Part shown: piece by piece, positions 48,392 through 57,743 of the stretch
Numbering within the stretch: the first letter of the stretch is position 1
Layout of the letters: every line of letters starts with the position of its first letter
Origin: an uncultured Verrucomicrobiales bacterium
GTDB lineage: Bacteria > Verrucomicrobiota > Verrucomicrobiia > Verrucomicrobiales > DEV007
Assembly: GCA_938091905.1 (NCBI GenBank)
Contig: CALKOM010000124.1
Location: 1 to 64,000 of the forward strand
Reading direction: 5' to 3'
Length of the DNA stretch: 64,000 bases
The notes under the pieces: model-generated
The model's input: only the letters and a program-made list of their open reading frames with translations
Databases searched by the model: none
What the model was told of the DNA's origin: nothing
Translations under genes and position numbers: made by a program

Positions 48392-49048
48392 CTAGTCTTG
48401 CGCTGTGTCCTCAGAATCTTTACGGGTGGCGCGCTTCTTCTTGCGCACGCGCCCCACTACGAAACGCGTCTCGATCGGATAGGATTTCTTCCTCGCGGGC
48501 TTGGGCTGCGGCGTTTCACGTTCGTTGATTTCAGGAGACGCTGCTGTTGCATTACCCGTGACTTGATTGAGCAACCAGCGGATGATCCACGGGCCCACGC
48601 CGATCACTCCGTAGCCCACCATATAATTTCCAGCGATCGCGTAGCTGGCCCATGGAAAGCTACTCACCGGCGTGTCTGGTATTCCGGGGCCGAAGATATC
48701 TGTGCCGATGGTGCCCGTCGTCGGCATCTGGGTTTCCGGACCCATGATTAAAGACAGTGATAGTCCAATCATCGTGACGAGACAGAATAATAGGCTCACA
48801 GCCATCATGCGTTGAAAATGGCGTGGGCCAGCGTATTCATTGCGGTTGCGCGTGTGCCATGGGTAGACGAGCACCACGCCGATATAGACAGCCATGATGT
48901 TGACGACGATAATGCTTATCTGGCGGAGCCAAGGAAGCATGGGGCCGTAACTGATGAGGTGCCAGTACTGGTAAAGTGTCAGTAAAACGCCAAAGATGAA
49001 GAATAGGTAACCGAGAAAGATGCGGCGTGGATCAATGGTGGCGGGCAT
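48392..49048 (-). CDS. Hypothetical membrane protein (about 4 TM segments, basic tail)
   Basis: Hydrophobic segments. Start MPATID lies 4 nt after the acyP stop. Confidence 0.7.
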   Translation of the reverse strand: MPATIDPRRIFLGYLFFIFGVLLTLYQYWHLISYGPMLPWLRQISIIVVNIMAVYIGVVLVYPWHTRNRNEYAGPRHFQRMMAVSLLFCLVTMIGLSLSLIMGPETQMPTTGTIGTDIFGPGIPDTPVSSFPWASYAIAGNYMVGYGVIGVGPWIIRWLLNQVTGNATAASPEINERETPQPKPARKKSYPIETRFVVGRVRKKKRATRKDSEDTAQD

Positions 49049-49052
49049 AATT

Positions 49053-49322
49053 CTAGCGGATACTAAAGCCGCGAACACCTTCGAGGTTGGCGACATCATG
49101 TATTTCTTCGCCTCGAATATTGCCGCCCATTTGACCTTCTCGAACAGCGACGAGGAAGTCCTCGACCTCGTCATCGTCGCCCATCACTTGCATTTCTACT
49201 CGGCCGTCTGGCAGATTCGAAACCCATCCGCAGACGTCAAACCCCATGGCCTCGCGTTTCGTGGCGTAACGAAAGCCGACGCCTTGAACGCGCCCCTCAT
49301 AGAAGACTTGTTTGGCTGCCAT
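49053..49322 (-). CDS. acyP: Acylphosphatase
   Basis: GRVQGVGFR and GWVSNLPDGRVE motifs. Confidence 0.93.
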   Translation of the reverse strand: MAAKQVFYEGRVQGVGFRYATKREAMGFDVCGWVSNLPDGRVEMQVMGDDDEVEDFLVAVREGQMGGNIRGEEIHDVANLEGVRGFSIR

Positions 49323-49380
49323 GTGATTCAACAGTTCGTTGTAGAACTTTAAAAGAGCGTCCCACGCGATGAGCGCACGA

Positions 49381-50733
49381 TCAAGGTTTGTTCTTCTCGA
49401 AGCTTGAGCGACTGGCAAGGCTCTCAAGGGCCTCTTTCCAGGAGTCCTCGGTCCAGCGAATGATGGTCACGGTGTTGTCCTCAGCTTGAATCTTGAGACT
49501 AAGGAGATCTTCGTAGGTGATGCTCTTCGGCTGCTGCTGAGTTGGGATGCTCACCCCAAACAGTTTCGGGGCCTGAGCTCGCACTAGGTTGAAGAAGCGA
49601 TCAGCGTGCGAGGAATCTCGCCATGCAGATTTCCACGCAAGCTGGGGGGTGCCGCTGGTCGTCTGGTAGAGCAAGACGCCGTCTCCTTCCCAGCCCGCAG
49701 CAATGAGTCCTGCGTCCTCCGGTAGAGCTACTGATTCTAACCAAGATCGAATGAGGAGTTCTCCGATGACATTGTCCCAAACGGGCTCCGAATTATGAAC
49801 GTCCAGCTGCGCCCAGCGCAGTTTTTGAGGATTCCAGCGCGGCGTCTCTAAATACCGATCGGGATGGAGAATGTGTGCGGTGGACGTCGGCAATTGCTGG
49901 TAGATCGAATCAAGGGCAACGTTTTGGCTAGAAACGGCCTGGCAGAAATGCACGCCATCACGCATTCCTAGAAACTCGATCATTCGAAGTGGTTTCGGCC
50001 AGTTGTTGGTTAACGTATCCGTACGTTTCCAGGCGTGAGAGGCCACGGCGTCCGTCTCTGTAAATTTAAGCGTTTGCCAGGTGGTGTCTCCCGTGACAAA
50101 GGCCTGTTGTGCCAGCATGCGATCCAAGTTCACCTCTGCGGGAATGAGAGCTTCACGCCAGCGGAAATTCTGGTCTAGCAAGAGTCGCATCAATTGCCGA
50201 GTCAACCACTCTCGTGGTTCTGGCTTCTTCGTTTCGATGGTCTCCGTGTGAAGAAGAGATCTATTCTGAGCATCATACAGAACGTCTCTTGAAAGGCTGG
50301 AGCGTAGGCGATACCTGGCGGTAAGATCTTCGTCTTCTGGTAGAATTCCTAACAATTGCCAAGTCAGCCCCAAGCGTTCCAAAGTGTCTGATGGGAACTG
50401 GGAGTTGCGTTCATTCTGCCACGCTTTCTGGATACCGGCCGCACTTGTTGGCACAAAGTCTAACGCTTCGGGAAAGGTGAGTGATCTCGCTTTGGAAATC
50501 TGAAATGCCTCGTTCAGTAGCTGGCTCTCCATAGCTCCTGCGGCGCCGCTTTCAGCTGTCGTTGTCAGCGGTTTGGGTGGCGCAGGGTCCGTCCCACCTG
50601 GCGTTGCGCCATCAGCATTTGTCGACGAAGAGCTGGCATCTGAGGTGTTGGTGTCATGCACATGGATCAATACCCGGCCGGCTAGAGCAGCGAGCACGAT
50701 CAAAACTAGAAGCAAGATCCCAGGGCGACTCAT
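49381..50733 (-). CDS. Membrane-anchored zincin-like protein lacking HExxH
   Basis: Family-like motifs DQNF, PTSTAHILHPDRY, IGEL and AAGWEGD. The expected metal-binding site reads RQLMR. Confidence 0.55.
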   Translation of the reverse strand: MSRPGILLLVLIVLAALAGRVLIHVHDTNTSDASSSSTNADGATPGGTDPAPPKPLTTTAESGAAGAMESQLLNEAFQISKARSLTFPEALDFVPTSAAGIQKAWQNERNSQFPSDTLERLGLTWQLLGILPEDEDLTARYRLRSSLSRDVLYDAQNRSLLHTETIETKKPEPREWLTRQLMRLLLDQNFRWREALIPAEVNLDRMLAQQAFVTGDTTWQTLKFTETDAVASHAWKRTDTLTNNWPKPLRMIEFLGMRDGVHFCQAVSSQNVALDSIYQQLPTSTAHILHPDRYLETPRWNPQKLRWAQLDVHNSEPVWDNVIGELLIRSWLESVALPEDAGLIAAGWEGDGVLLYQTTSGTPQLAWKSAWRDSSHADRFFNLVRAQAPKLFGVSIPTQQQPKSITYEDLLSLKIQAEDNTVTIIRWTEDSWKEALESLASRSSFEKNKP

Positions 50734-50866
50734 CGTTAATCTTCCTGCCCCAATCTCAATCTGCTGTCAATCCATCAGCATAGCCGACCAGTAATACAGG
50801 CAGGTCACCAGATTATGGAAATTCGATTGACGCAGTGGCGAGTCACCTCTTGGCTCTGCGTTAGTA

Positions 50867-51847
50867 ATGATCGTTCTCGTTACCGGTGGAGCCGGATACA
50901 TCGGCAGCGTCGCGAGCTCTGAATTGGTGCGCGCTGGGCATGACGTGGTTGTGCTGGACAATCTCTACCAGGGGCATCGTGCGGCGGTGCCCGAGGAAGC
51001 TGTCTTTGTCGAGGCGGATCTTGCAAATCGGGCTCAGATCGATTCGATACTAAAAGAGCATCGGCCGGAGGCAATCATGCACTTTGCGGCCTACTCGCTG
51101 GTCGGGGAGTCTATGGAGAGTCCTTTCAAGTACCTTGGCGACAATGTGTCCAACGCTCTTAATTTATTGGAAAGTGCGGTCGAACACAAGGTGCTGAAAT
51201 TTATTCTCTCCTCGACTGCCAATCTCTTCGATGATCCCGAGAAGATGCCCATTGCGGAAACGGAGCGGATTATACCGGGCAGCCCGTATGGTGAATCGAA
51301 GGCGATCGTTGAGCGCTTTCTGTATTGGTTAGAGAAGACGCATGGCTTGAAGTACGCGTGTTTGCGGTACTTCAATGCGGCTGGGGCAGCACCCGAACGA
51401 GGTGAAGATCACGCTCCCGAGCTGCACTTGATTCCGCTTGTCTTGCAGGTGGCCTTGGGGCAGCGCGACCGCATTAAGATGTTTGGCGACGACTACGATA
51501 CGCCTGATGGGACGTGTGTAAGAGACTACATTCATGTTCTCGACCTTGCCCAGGCGCACATTCTTGCCTTGGAAGGCCTAGACCGTGGCAGCCAGCTGTA
51601 CAACTTAGGAAACGGGCAGGGCTACTCGGTCAAACAAGTCATCGAGGCTGCGCGGGAAATTACGGGGCATGCAATTCCGGCTGAGGTGACGCCTCGGCGT
51701 GCAGGAGATCCGGCAACGCTCGTGGCTTCGAGTTGGAAAATACGCGAGTCTTTAGGTTGGAAGCCGCAGTTCCCCGAGCTTGAGGCCATTATCAAAACGG
51801 CGTGGGAATGGCACCAGAGCCACCCTCAGGGCTACAATGATCGCTGA
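50867..51847 (+). CDS. galE: UDP-glucose 4-epimerase
   Basis: [24 protein letters not shown] and [11 protein letters not shown] motifs. Confidence 0.95.
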   Translation: MIVLVTGGAGYIGSVASSELVRAGHDVVVLDNLYQGHRAAVPEEAVFVEADLANRAQIDSILKEHRPEAIMHFAAYSLVGESMESPFKYLGDNVSNALNLLESAVEHKVLKFILSSTANLFDDPEKMPIAETERIIPGSPYGESKAIVERFLYWLEKTHGLKYACLRYFNAAGAAPERGEDHAPELHLIPLVLQVALGQRDRIKMFGDDYDTPDGTCVRDYIHVLDLAQAHILALEGLDRGSQLYNLGNGQGYSVKQVIEAAREITGHAIPAEVTPRRAGDPATLVASSWKIRESLGWKPQFPELEAIIKTAWEWHQSHPQGYNDR

Positions 51848-51912
51848 GTTTGACAACTGTCGTCCTCAGGTCAGGTTAGGCGCTTTCCAAGATCAAGAAT
51901 TAACCATAGACC

Positions 51913-52740
51913 ATGAAACTTCCAACTCTCGCTCGCTTCTTCGTCATCAGCGCCGTTGCCAGTGTACTCTCTTCAAACGTGAACGCCCAAGACTTGAAAG
52001 CCCCTGCCGACGTCGCTGCACCTCCCAAAGATGCTATCAAAGAGGATTCAGGATTGGCTTCTAAGGTGTTGACCAAAGGTTCAGGCACCAGAAAGCCAAA
52101 AGCTACCGACCAAGTGAAGGTGCATTACACGGGCTGGACGACAGACGGAGAGATGTTCGATAGCTCGGTGAAGCGTGGCACCCCGTCGACATTCGGCTTG
52201 AATCAGGTAATCAAGGGCTGGACTGAAGGCCTTCAGCTCATGGTTGAGGGTGAAAAGCGCCGCTTCTGGATCCCTGCTGGTATGGCCTATGGCGAGAATC
52301 CTGCCGGTGGTCGTCCCGGTGGCATGCTTTGTTTTGATGTCGAATTGATCGAGAATCTCTCTCCCGAGCCTCCAAAGACCCCTGAAGACGTAGCCGCTGT
52401 CCCAGACACGGCGTCAACGACCGCTTCCGGTTTGGCATCCCGAGTTCTCAAGGAGGGCACTGGAACCACGAAACCCAAGGCGACGAGCACAGTGACGGTT
52501 CATTATTCAGGCTGGACCACGGACGGTAAGCTCTTCGATAGTTCGGTCGAGCGGGGCCGACCAGCCTCTTTTGGCCTTAACCAGGTCATCTCAGGCTGGA
52601 CCGAGGGTGTGCAGCTCATGGTGCAGGGTGAGAAGCGTCGTTTCTGGATTCCTGAAGAGCTCGGCTACGGCAAGGTGCCTCCTCCGGGAGCTCCTGCGGG
52701 TATGTTGGTGTTCGATGTTGAACTGATAGGGGTTGAGTAA
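51913..52740 (+). CDS. Secreted FKBP-type peptidyl-prolyl isomerase with two tandem domains
   Basis: Signal peptide and two copies of VHYxGWTTDG..FDSS...VIxGWTEG...FDVEL. Confidence 0.93.
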   Translation: MKLPTLARFFVISAVASVLSSNVNAQDLKAPADVAAPPKDAIKEDSGLASKVLTKGSGTRKPKATDQVKVHYTGWTTDGEMFDSSVKRGTPSTFGLNQVIKGWTEGLQLMVEGEKRRFWIPAGMAYGENPAGGRPGGMLCFDVELIENLSPEPPKTPEDVAAVPDTASTTASGLASRVLKEGTGTTKPKATSTVTVHYSGWTTDGKLFDSSVERGRPASFGLNQVISGWTEGVQLMVQGEKRRFWIPEELGYGKVPPPGAPAGMLVFDVELIGVE

Positions 52741-52763
52741 GGACGTAGCCTCCTAGTTTCCAT

Positions 52764-52793
52764 GAGGCCTATGGATTTTTTTCCATGGGCCTC
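52764..52793 (+). terminator. Hairpin after the FKBP gene
   Basis: GAGGCCTATGG-loop-CCATGGGCCTC. No U-tract follows the stem. Confidence 0.45.
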
Positions 52794-52825
52794 TGCTCGC
52801 CTTCAAAAATGTGCTCGATTGGCAC

Positions 52826-52853
52826 TTGCGAGGCTACTGGGTCTGCCTATACT
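52826..52853 (+). promoter_or_regulatory. Candidate sigma70 promoter of rpsB-tsf
   Basis: TTGCGA-16 nt-TATACT, about 92 nt upstream of the rpsB ATG. Confidence 0.5.
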
Positions 52854-52945
52854 TGGCCGCTCGTTGGATAGGGGGAAATTAAGCTTTCTTCTTGACTTTC
52901 TTTCTTAAGAAAGCTCTCAACCTGCCAGCGCTACGCACAACCTTT

Positions 52946-53683
52946 ATGTCTACGGAACTACTCGAAGAACTCGTCGAAGCCGGTGTCCACTACGGTCACC
53001 AGCGCCGGAAATGGAATCCCAAGATGAAGCCATTTCTGCTCGAGCAGAAGAACAACATCTACATCATCAATCTCTTTGAGACGGTGAAGCAGATCGATGC
53101 AGCTGCGAGTTACCTGGCAGAACTTGCAGCTAATGGTAAGCGAATTCTATTCGTAGGCTGCAAACGTCAGGCTCAGGAGTCTGTTCGCGAGGCTGCCGAT
53201 GCCTGCAATCAATTCTACATCAATCATCGCTGGCTCGGTGGCACGTTGACCAACATGTCAACCATCCGAAAGAGCGTTCAGCGTCTCGATTACTTAGAAA
53301 AGCTCGATAAGTCTCCGGAAAAGAAGGCCATGAGTAAGAAGGAGCTCGCAGCTCTTGGACGTGAGCGCACAAAGCTCCTTCGGAACCTCGAGGGTATCCG
53401 CAACATGGAGAATCCGCCAGACGCCGTGGTTGTCGTGGACTCTGCCCGTGAGTGCATCGCGGTGAAAGAAGCTCAGCGTCTCAATATCCCCGTGGTCGCT
53501 CTAGTGGACAGCAATGCTGATCCAGATCCTATCGCTTATCCTATAGCGGCAAATGACGATGCCCTCCGATCGATCCGCATCATCTTGCAGAAGCTGATTG
53601 ATCCTGTGATCGCTGCGACTCAGGGTGGTGGTAAATTCACTCCGGCTAAGCGCGCCGAGATGGAAGTCGTCGCAGACGTCTAA
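52946..53683 (+). CDS. rpsB: 30S ribosomal protein S2
   Basis: EAGVHYGHQRRKWNPKM, RWLGGTLTN and ANDD motifs. Confidence 0.97.
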   Translation: MSTELLEELVEAGVHYGHQRRKWNPKMKPFLLEQKNNIYIINLFETVKQIDAAASYLAELAANGKRILFVGCKRQAQESVREAADACNQFYINHRWLGGTLTNMSTIRKSVQRLDYLEKLDKSPEKKAMSKKELAALGRERTKLLRNLEGIRNMENPPDAVVVVDSARECIAVKEAQRLNIPVVALVDSNADPDPIAYPIAANDDALRSIRIILQKLIDPVIAATQGGGKFTPAKRAEMEVVADV

Positions 53684-53799
53684 AGAAACGACAACGTCGT
53701 CGAACTTTAGTTTTCCCTTCCTTGATAGTCGTTGGTGCTCTTTCGCCAGCTTCCAACTCTTTTTATCTCAAGACCTCAATTCTAACTGACACACAAGCC

Positions 53800-54393
53800 A
53801 TGGCTGAAATCACCGCCAAACTCGTAGCCACCCTCCGTGAGAAGACCAACGTCGGCATGATGAAGTGCAAAGAAGCGCTCAAAGAAGCTGACGGCGATCT
53901 GGAGAAAGCAGAAACCATCCTTCGAAAGAAAGGCCTTCAGTCTGCTGACAAGAAAGCCTCACGCGCCGCAAAGGAAGGCGTGATTGCGTCTTATATCCAC
54001 CATGATCGTGCTGGCGTGCTCATCGAGGTGAGCTGCGAGACCGACTTTGTGGCCAAGACGGATTCTTTCCGGGCCTTTGTGAAAGATGTTACCCTTCACA
54101 TTGCGGCGGCTCAGCCTACCTGCGTCTCTCGTGAGGAAGTCTGCTCTGACCTCGTTGCCAAGGAGAAAGAGATCTACGCAGAGCAGATGAAGGATAAGCC
54201 TGCCAACGTGATCGAGAAGATTCTCGAGGGCAAGATGGACAAGTTTTACAGCACGACTTGCTTGCTTGAGCAGGGCTTCATTAAAGATCCTGACCAGACG
54301 GTGGGTGATTTACTCAAGGGCAAGATCGCTGAACTCGGTGAGAATATCGTGATACGCCGTTTCACCCGTTATGCTCTCGGCGACGGCGAATAG
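53800..54393 (+). CDS. tsf: Elongation factor Ts (short form, 197 aa)
   Basis: LREKTNVGMMKCKEAL, CETDFVA and GENIVIRRFTRY motifs. Confidence 0.95.
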   Translation: MAEITAKLVATLREKTNVGMMKCKEALKEADGDLEKAETILRKKGLQSADKKASRAAKEGVIASYIHHDRAGVLIEVSCETDFVAKTDSFRAFVKDVTLHIAAAQPTCVSREEVCSDLVAKEKEIYAEQMKDKPANVIEKILEGKMDKFYSTTCLLEQGFIKDPDQTVGDLLKGKIAELGENIVIRRFTRYALGDGE

Positions 54394-54480
54394 GCTGTGA
54401 AGCCCTTTCGCTTGATGGGGCTCATTTATGTGTTTGTTTACGCTCCTTCTCCTCTCTCCTACTTTTAATTCGAACGATCC

Positions 54481-55125
54481 ATGGCCAATATTCATTCTCT
54501 CAACGCAAAGAAACGCGAAGGCTCAGGTACCGCAGCTACCAAGAAACTACGTCGCGAGGGGCGCGTCCCAGGCGTTGTCTATGGTGGAAAGCAGGACAAT
54601 TATGCGGTCGATTTGGACCGGATTGAAATCCGTGACCTGTTCGCTAGCAGTGCTTCTGAGAACATCCTCGTTCGATTGGATATCGATGGTGCCAAAGAGC
54701 AGGACAAGCTTGCTCTGATCCAGGCCGTTCAGCACCACCCGCTGACGAGTGCGATCAACCACATCGACTTCCATTGCGTCAGCGAAGACGAAGAGATTGT
54801 GGCATCTGTGCCTTTACAGCTTATTGGCGAAGCCGCAGGGATCAAGGCCGGTGGCCTTCTGGATCAACAGCTTCAATCCCTTGATGTGCGTTGTAAGCCT
54901 GCAGATCTTCCTGAATTACTCCAGGGTGACATCACCGAGGTCGGCCTTGGTCAGCCTTTCCACGTAGGAAGTGTAATGTTGCCAGAAGGCGTGTCCACTG
55001 TGCTGGCGAATGATGTTGTCGTCGCTATCGTCGCTGAGCTGAGAGCCATCCAGTCTGGTGAAGACGGTGCTTCTGAAGCTACTGCCGCACCAGAAGATGC
55101 CGCTGCTGGAGCGGCTGAGGCTTAA
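54481..55125 (+). CDS. rplY: 50S ribosomal protein L25 / Ctc
   Basis: LRREGRVPGVVYG, QHHP and HIDF motifs plus a Ctc-type C-terminal extension. Confidence 0.93.
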   Translation: MANIHSLNAKKREGSGTAATKKLRREGRVPGVVYGGKQDNYAVDLDRIEIRDLFASSASENILVRLDIDGAKEQDKLALIQAVQHHPLTSAINHIDFHCVSEDEEIVASVPLQLIGEAAGIKAGGLLDQQLQSLDVRCKPADLPELLQGDITEVGLGQPFHVGSVMLPEGVSTVLANDVVVAIVAELRAIQSGEDGASEATAAPEDAAAGAAEA

Positions 55126-55137
55126 TTCTTCCGAACG

Positions 55138-55737
55138 GTGACCCCGATCCGAGCCATCTTTGGTCTCGGCAATCCGGGCCCCAAATACGAAGACACTCGG
55201 CACAACGCCGGATTTCTTGTCGTTGATCAGCTTGCCAAGCGTTTGCCTCCAGCGGATGGAGCTCCCGTAGGGCCGGCCGAGTTTCGGCATTTGCGCCGCC
55301 TGGAATCGGACTTGCTGAAGGTGGCGGGCAGCTATTTGCTCAAGCCTTCGACCTTCATGAACGATAGTGGGATTGCGGTGAGCGAGGTTTGTCGATTCTA
55401 CCGGATTGCCCCTGAGGAAATTCTCGTCATTTATGATGACATGGATCTGGCGCTAGGAAGGCTCCGATTGCGGGCTCGTGGGTCGTCAGGAGGGCATAAT
55501 GGGATCAAATCCATCATCCAGCACCTTGGGACGGACGTGTTTCCGCGTCTAAAGGTAGGGATTGGGCGTCAGGAGACGGAGCGCGAGCAGGGGCGGGTTG
55601 TCGGCCACGTTCTCGGGAAGTTCACGGTGGAGGAGCGCCCAGTAGTTACCGAAATGCTTAATCGTGCCTGCGATGCTGTCGTCGATGGCATGGCGAACGG
55701 TCTGGATCACGCCATGACGGCCTACAACGGTAGTTAA
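55138..55737 (+). CDS. pth: Peptidyl-tRNA hydrolase
   Basis: GLGNPG, TRHNAGF, KPSTFMNDSG and GGHNGIKS motifs. Confidence 0.95.
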   Translation: MTPIRAIFGLGNPGPKYEDTRHNAGFLVVDQLAKRLPPADGAPVGPAEFRHLRRLESDLLKVAGSYLLKPSTFMNDSGIAVSEVCRFYRIAPEEILVIYDDMDLALGRLRLRARGSSGGHNGIKSIIQHLGTDVFPRLKVGIGRQETEREQGRVVGHVLGKFTVEERPVVTEMLNRACDAVVDGMANGLDHAMTAYNGS

Positions 55738-55814
55738 CCGTCCTCGTTTCCTTGTTCAGGCTCGAGGTTTCTACGTCTTGACGGCGTAAGCGCCCGTAAC
55801 GACACTAGTCACCT

Positions 55815-56813
55815 ATGACAGCATCTGCCTCCTACGAACAAGATCGCCAAGCCGTCGAGAAGCTGGCGGATGCCAGTAAGAAGATTCGCTCAGAATTGAG
55901 CAAGGCAGTCATAGGTCAGGAAGAGGTCATTGATCAATTATTGATCGCGCTCTTTGCTGGAGGGCATTGCTTGCTGACCGGTGCTCCAGGATTGGCAAAG
56001 ACGTTGTTAGTGCGCTCGATTGCTGATGTCTTCAATTTGGATTTCTCACGCATTCAGTTCACGCCGGACCTCATGCCTGCAGATATTGTGGGTACGGAAA
56101 TTCTGCAAGAGACCGAGGGCGGTGGCCGTGCGCTCAAGTTTGTCAAAGGCCCTATCTTTGGTAATATTGTGTTAGCCGATGAAATTAACCGAACGCCTCC
56201 GAAGACGCAGGCCGCTCTGCTAGAAGCGATGCAAGAACATCAGGTGACGGCAGCCGGTGTCCGTTACACGCTTGAGGAGCCTTTCTTCGTCTTGGCCACA
56301 CAGAACCCGATCGAGATGGATGGAACCTATCCTTTACCGGAAGCCCAGCTGGATCGTTTCATGTTCAATGTCTATGTTGATTACCTTTCCGAGGATGACG
56401 AGGTGAGCGTGATTACGAAGACGACGGCAACGGAGGATTACGAGATTGAGACTCTCTTCTCAGCCGACGAAGTGCGTGCGTTCCATGACATTGTGCGCAA
56501 AGTGCCGGTGGCAGACGACGTTGCGCGTTTCGCCGTGCGACTGGCAACGCTCTCGCGACCAGGTGGCAAGGAGTCGCCGGAGTTTATCAACAACTGGGTG
56601 TCCTGGGGGGCGGGATTGCGTGCAGGACAGTTCCTCGTGCTCGGAGGGAAAGCGCGTGCTCTTCTGCAGGGGCGGGCCCACGTTACCCAAGACGACATTC
56701 GCGCGCTGGCTGAGCCGGTCATGCGCCACCGGGTTCTGTTGAACTATCGCGCAGAAGCGGACGGCGTGTCTGTTGAGAACGTGGTAGAGAAACTGTTAGC
56801 TGAGGTTAAATAA
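55815..56813 (+). CDS. MoxR family AAA+ ATPase
   Basis: GAPGLAKT, RIQFTPDLMP, LADEINR and ATQNPIE..GTYPLPEAQLDRF motifs. Confidence 0.95.
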   Translation: MTASASYEQDRQAVEKLADASKKIRSELSKAVIGQEEVIDQLLIALFAGGHCLLTGAPGLAKTLLVRSIADVFNLDFSRIQFTPDLMPADIVGTEILQETEGGGRALKFVKGPIFGNIVLADEINRTPPKTQAALLEAMQEHQVTAAGVRYTLEEPFFVLATQNPIEMDGTYPLPEAQLDRFMFNVYVDYLSEDDEVSVITKTTATEDYEIETLFSADEVRAFHDIVRKVPVADDVARFAVRLATLSRPGGKESPEFINNWVSWGAGLRAGQFLVLGGKARALLQGRAHVTQDDIRALAEPVMRHRVLLNYRAEADGVSVENVVEKLLAEVK

Positions 56814-56822
56814 GAAACGGCC

Positions 56823-57743
56823 ATGCCAGTGTCGGCTGACCCAACGAAGCACATCGACGCAAAGACGTTGATGCGCATCAAGTCGCTTGATTTACGGGCC
56901 CGCCGTATCCTCGAAGGCTATACACAAGGCCTCCACCGGAGTCCTTACCATGGATCGTCGGTCGAGTTCAGTGAATACCGGGCTTATTCAGAGGGGGACG
57001 ATCCCAAGCACATTGACTGGAAGCTCTATGCGCGGAGTGACCGTTACTGCATTAAGAAGTACGAAGCCGAGACGAATTTGATTTGCCATCTTGTTGTCGA
57101 TCAAAGCCGATCGATGGAATTCTCAACGCTGGACTACACCAAGGCTGACTATGCATCGACATTGGCAGCCACGTTCGCCCAATTCCTCTTCTCTCAGGGA
57201 GACTCGGTTGGGATCGTGACTTTCGCCGATGAGATAAACACCTATGTGCCACCGCGACGACGGCGTGGGCAAATGCATCAGATGGTCGTTGCGTTAGAAA
57301 CTGAGCCGAAGAGTACCCGAACAGACATTAAAAAGTCGTTGGGTGATATGTCGCCAATGCTGCGCAAGCGTGGGCTGGTCGTCATCCTTTCGGATTTGTT
57401 AGAGGATATAAAGTCGATATCTTCACAGATTACCTACCTGAGATCCTGTGGTCACGATGTGATCGTCTTTCAGATTCTCGATCCGGCAGAGGCGAGATGG
57501 ACTTTTAAGGACAATGCAGTCTTTGAAGATATGGAAACCGGAGATCGCTTTCTGTTAGATCCTGAGCGTGCGCGGGCGCATTACGAAGAGCAGTTTGGTG
57601 CTCATCAGGCCGCCGTTGAGAAACTTTGTGCAGGATTGGGTATTGACCTTGTTAAGGCCGTTACAGACGCCCCCTTTGACCAGACGTTGCATCGTCTCCT
57701 CAGCTTGCGTTCGCAACTCAACCGGAGTCGACGCGGCGCATGA
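56823..57743 (+). CDS. DUF58 domain protein
   Basis: GLHRSPYHGSSVEFSEYRAY..GDD..HIDWK and DQSRSM motifs. Confidence 0.92.
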   Translation: MPVSADPTKHIDAKTLMRIKSLDLRARRILEGYTQGLHRSPYHGSSVEFSEYRAYSEGDDPKHIDWKLYARSDRYCIKKYEAETNLICHLVVDQSRSMEFSTLDYTKADYASTLAATFAQFLFSQGDSVGIVTFADEINTYVPPRRRRGQMHQMVVALETEPKSTRTDIKKSLGDMSPMLRKRGLVVILSDLLEDIKSISSQITYLRSCGHDVIVFQILDPAEARWTFKDNAVFEDMETGDRFLLDPERARAHYEEQFGAHQAAVEKLCAGLGIDLVKAVTDAPFDQTLHRLLSLRSQLNRSRRGA

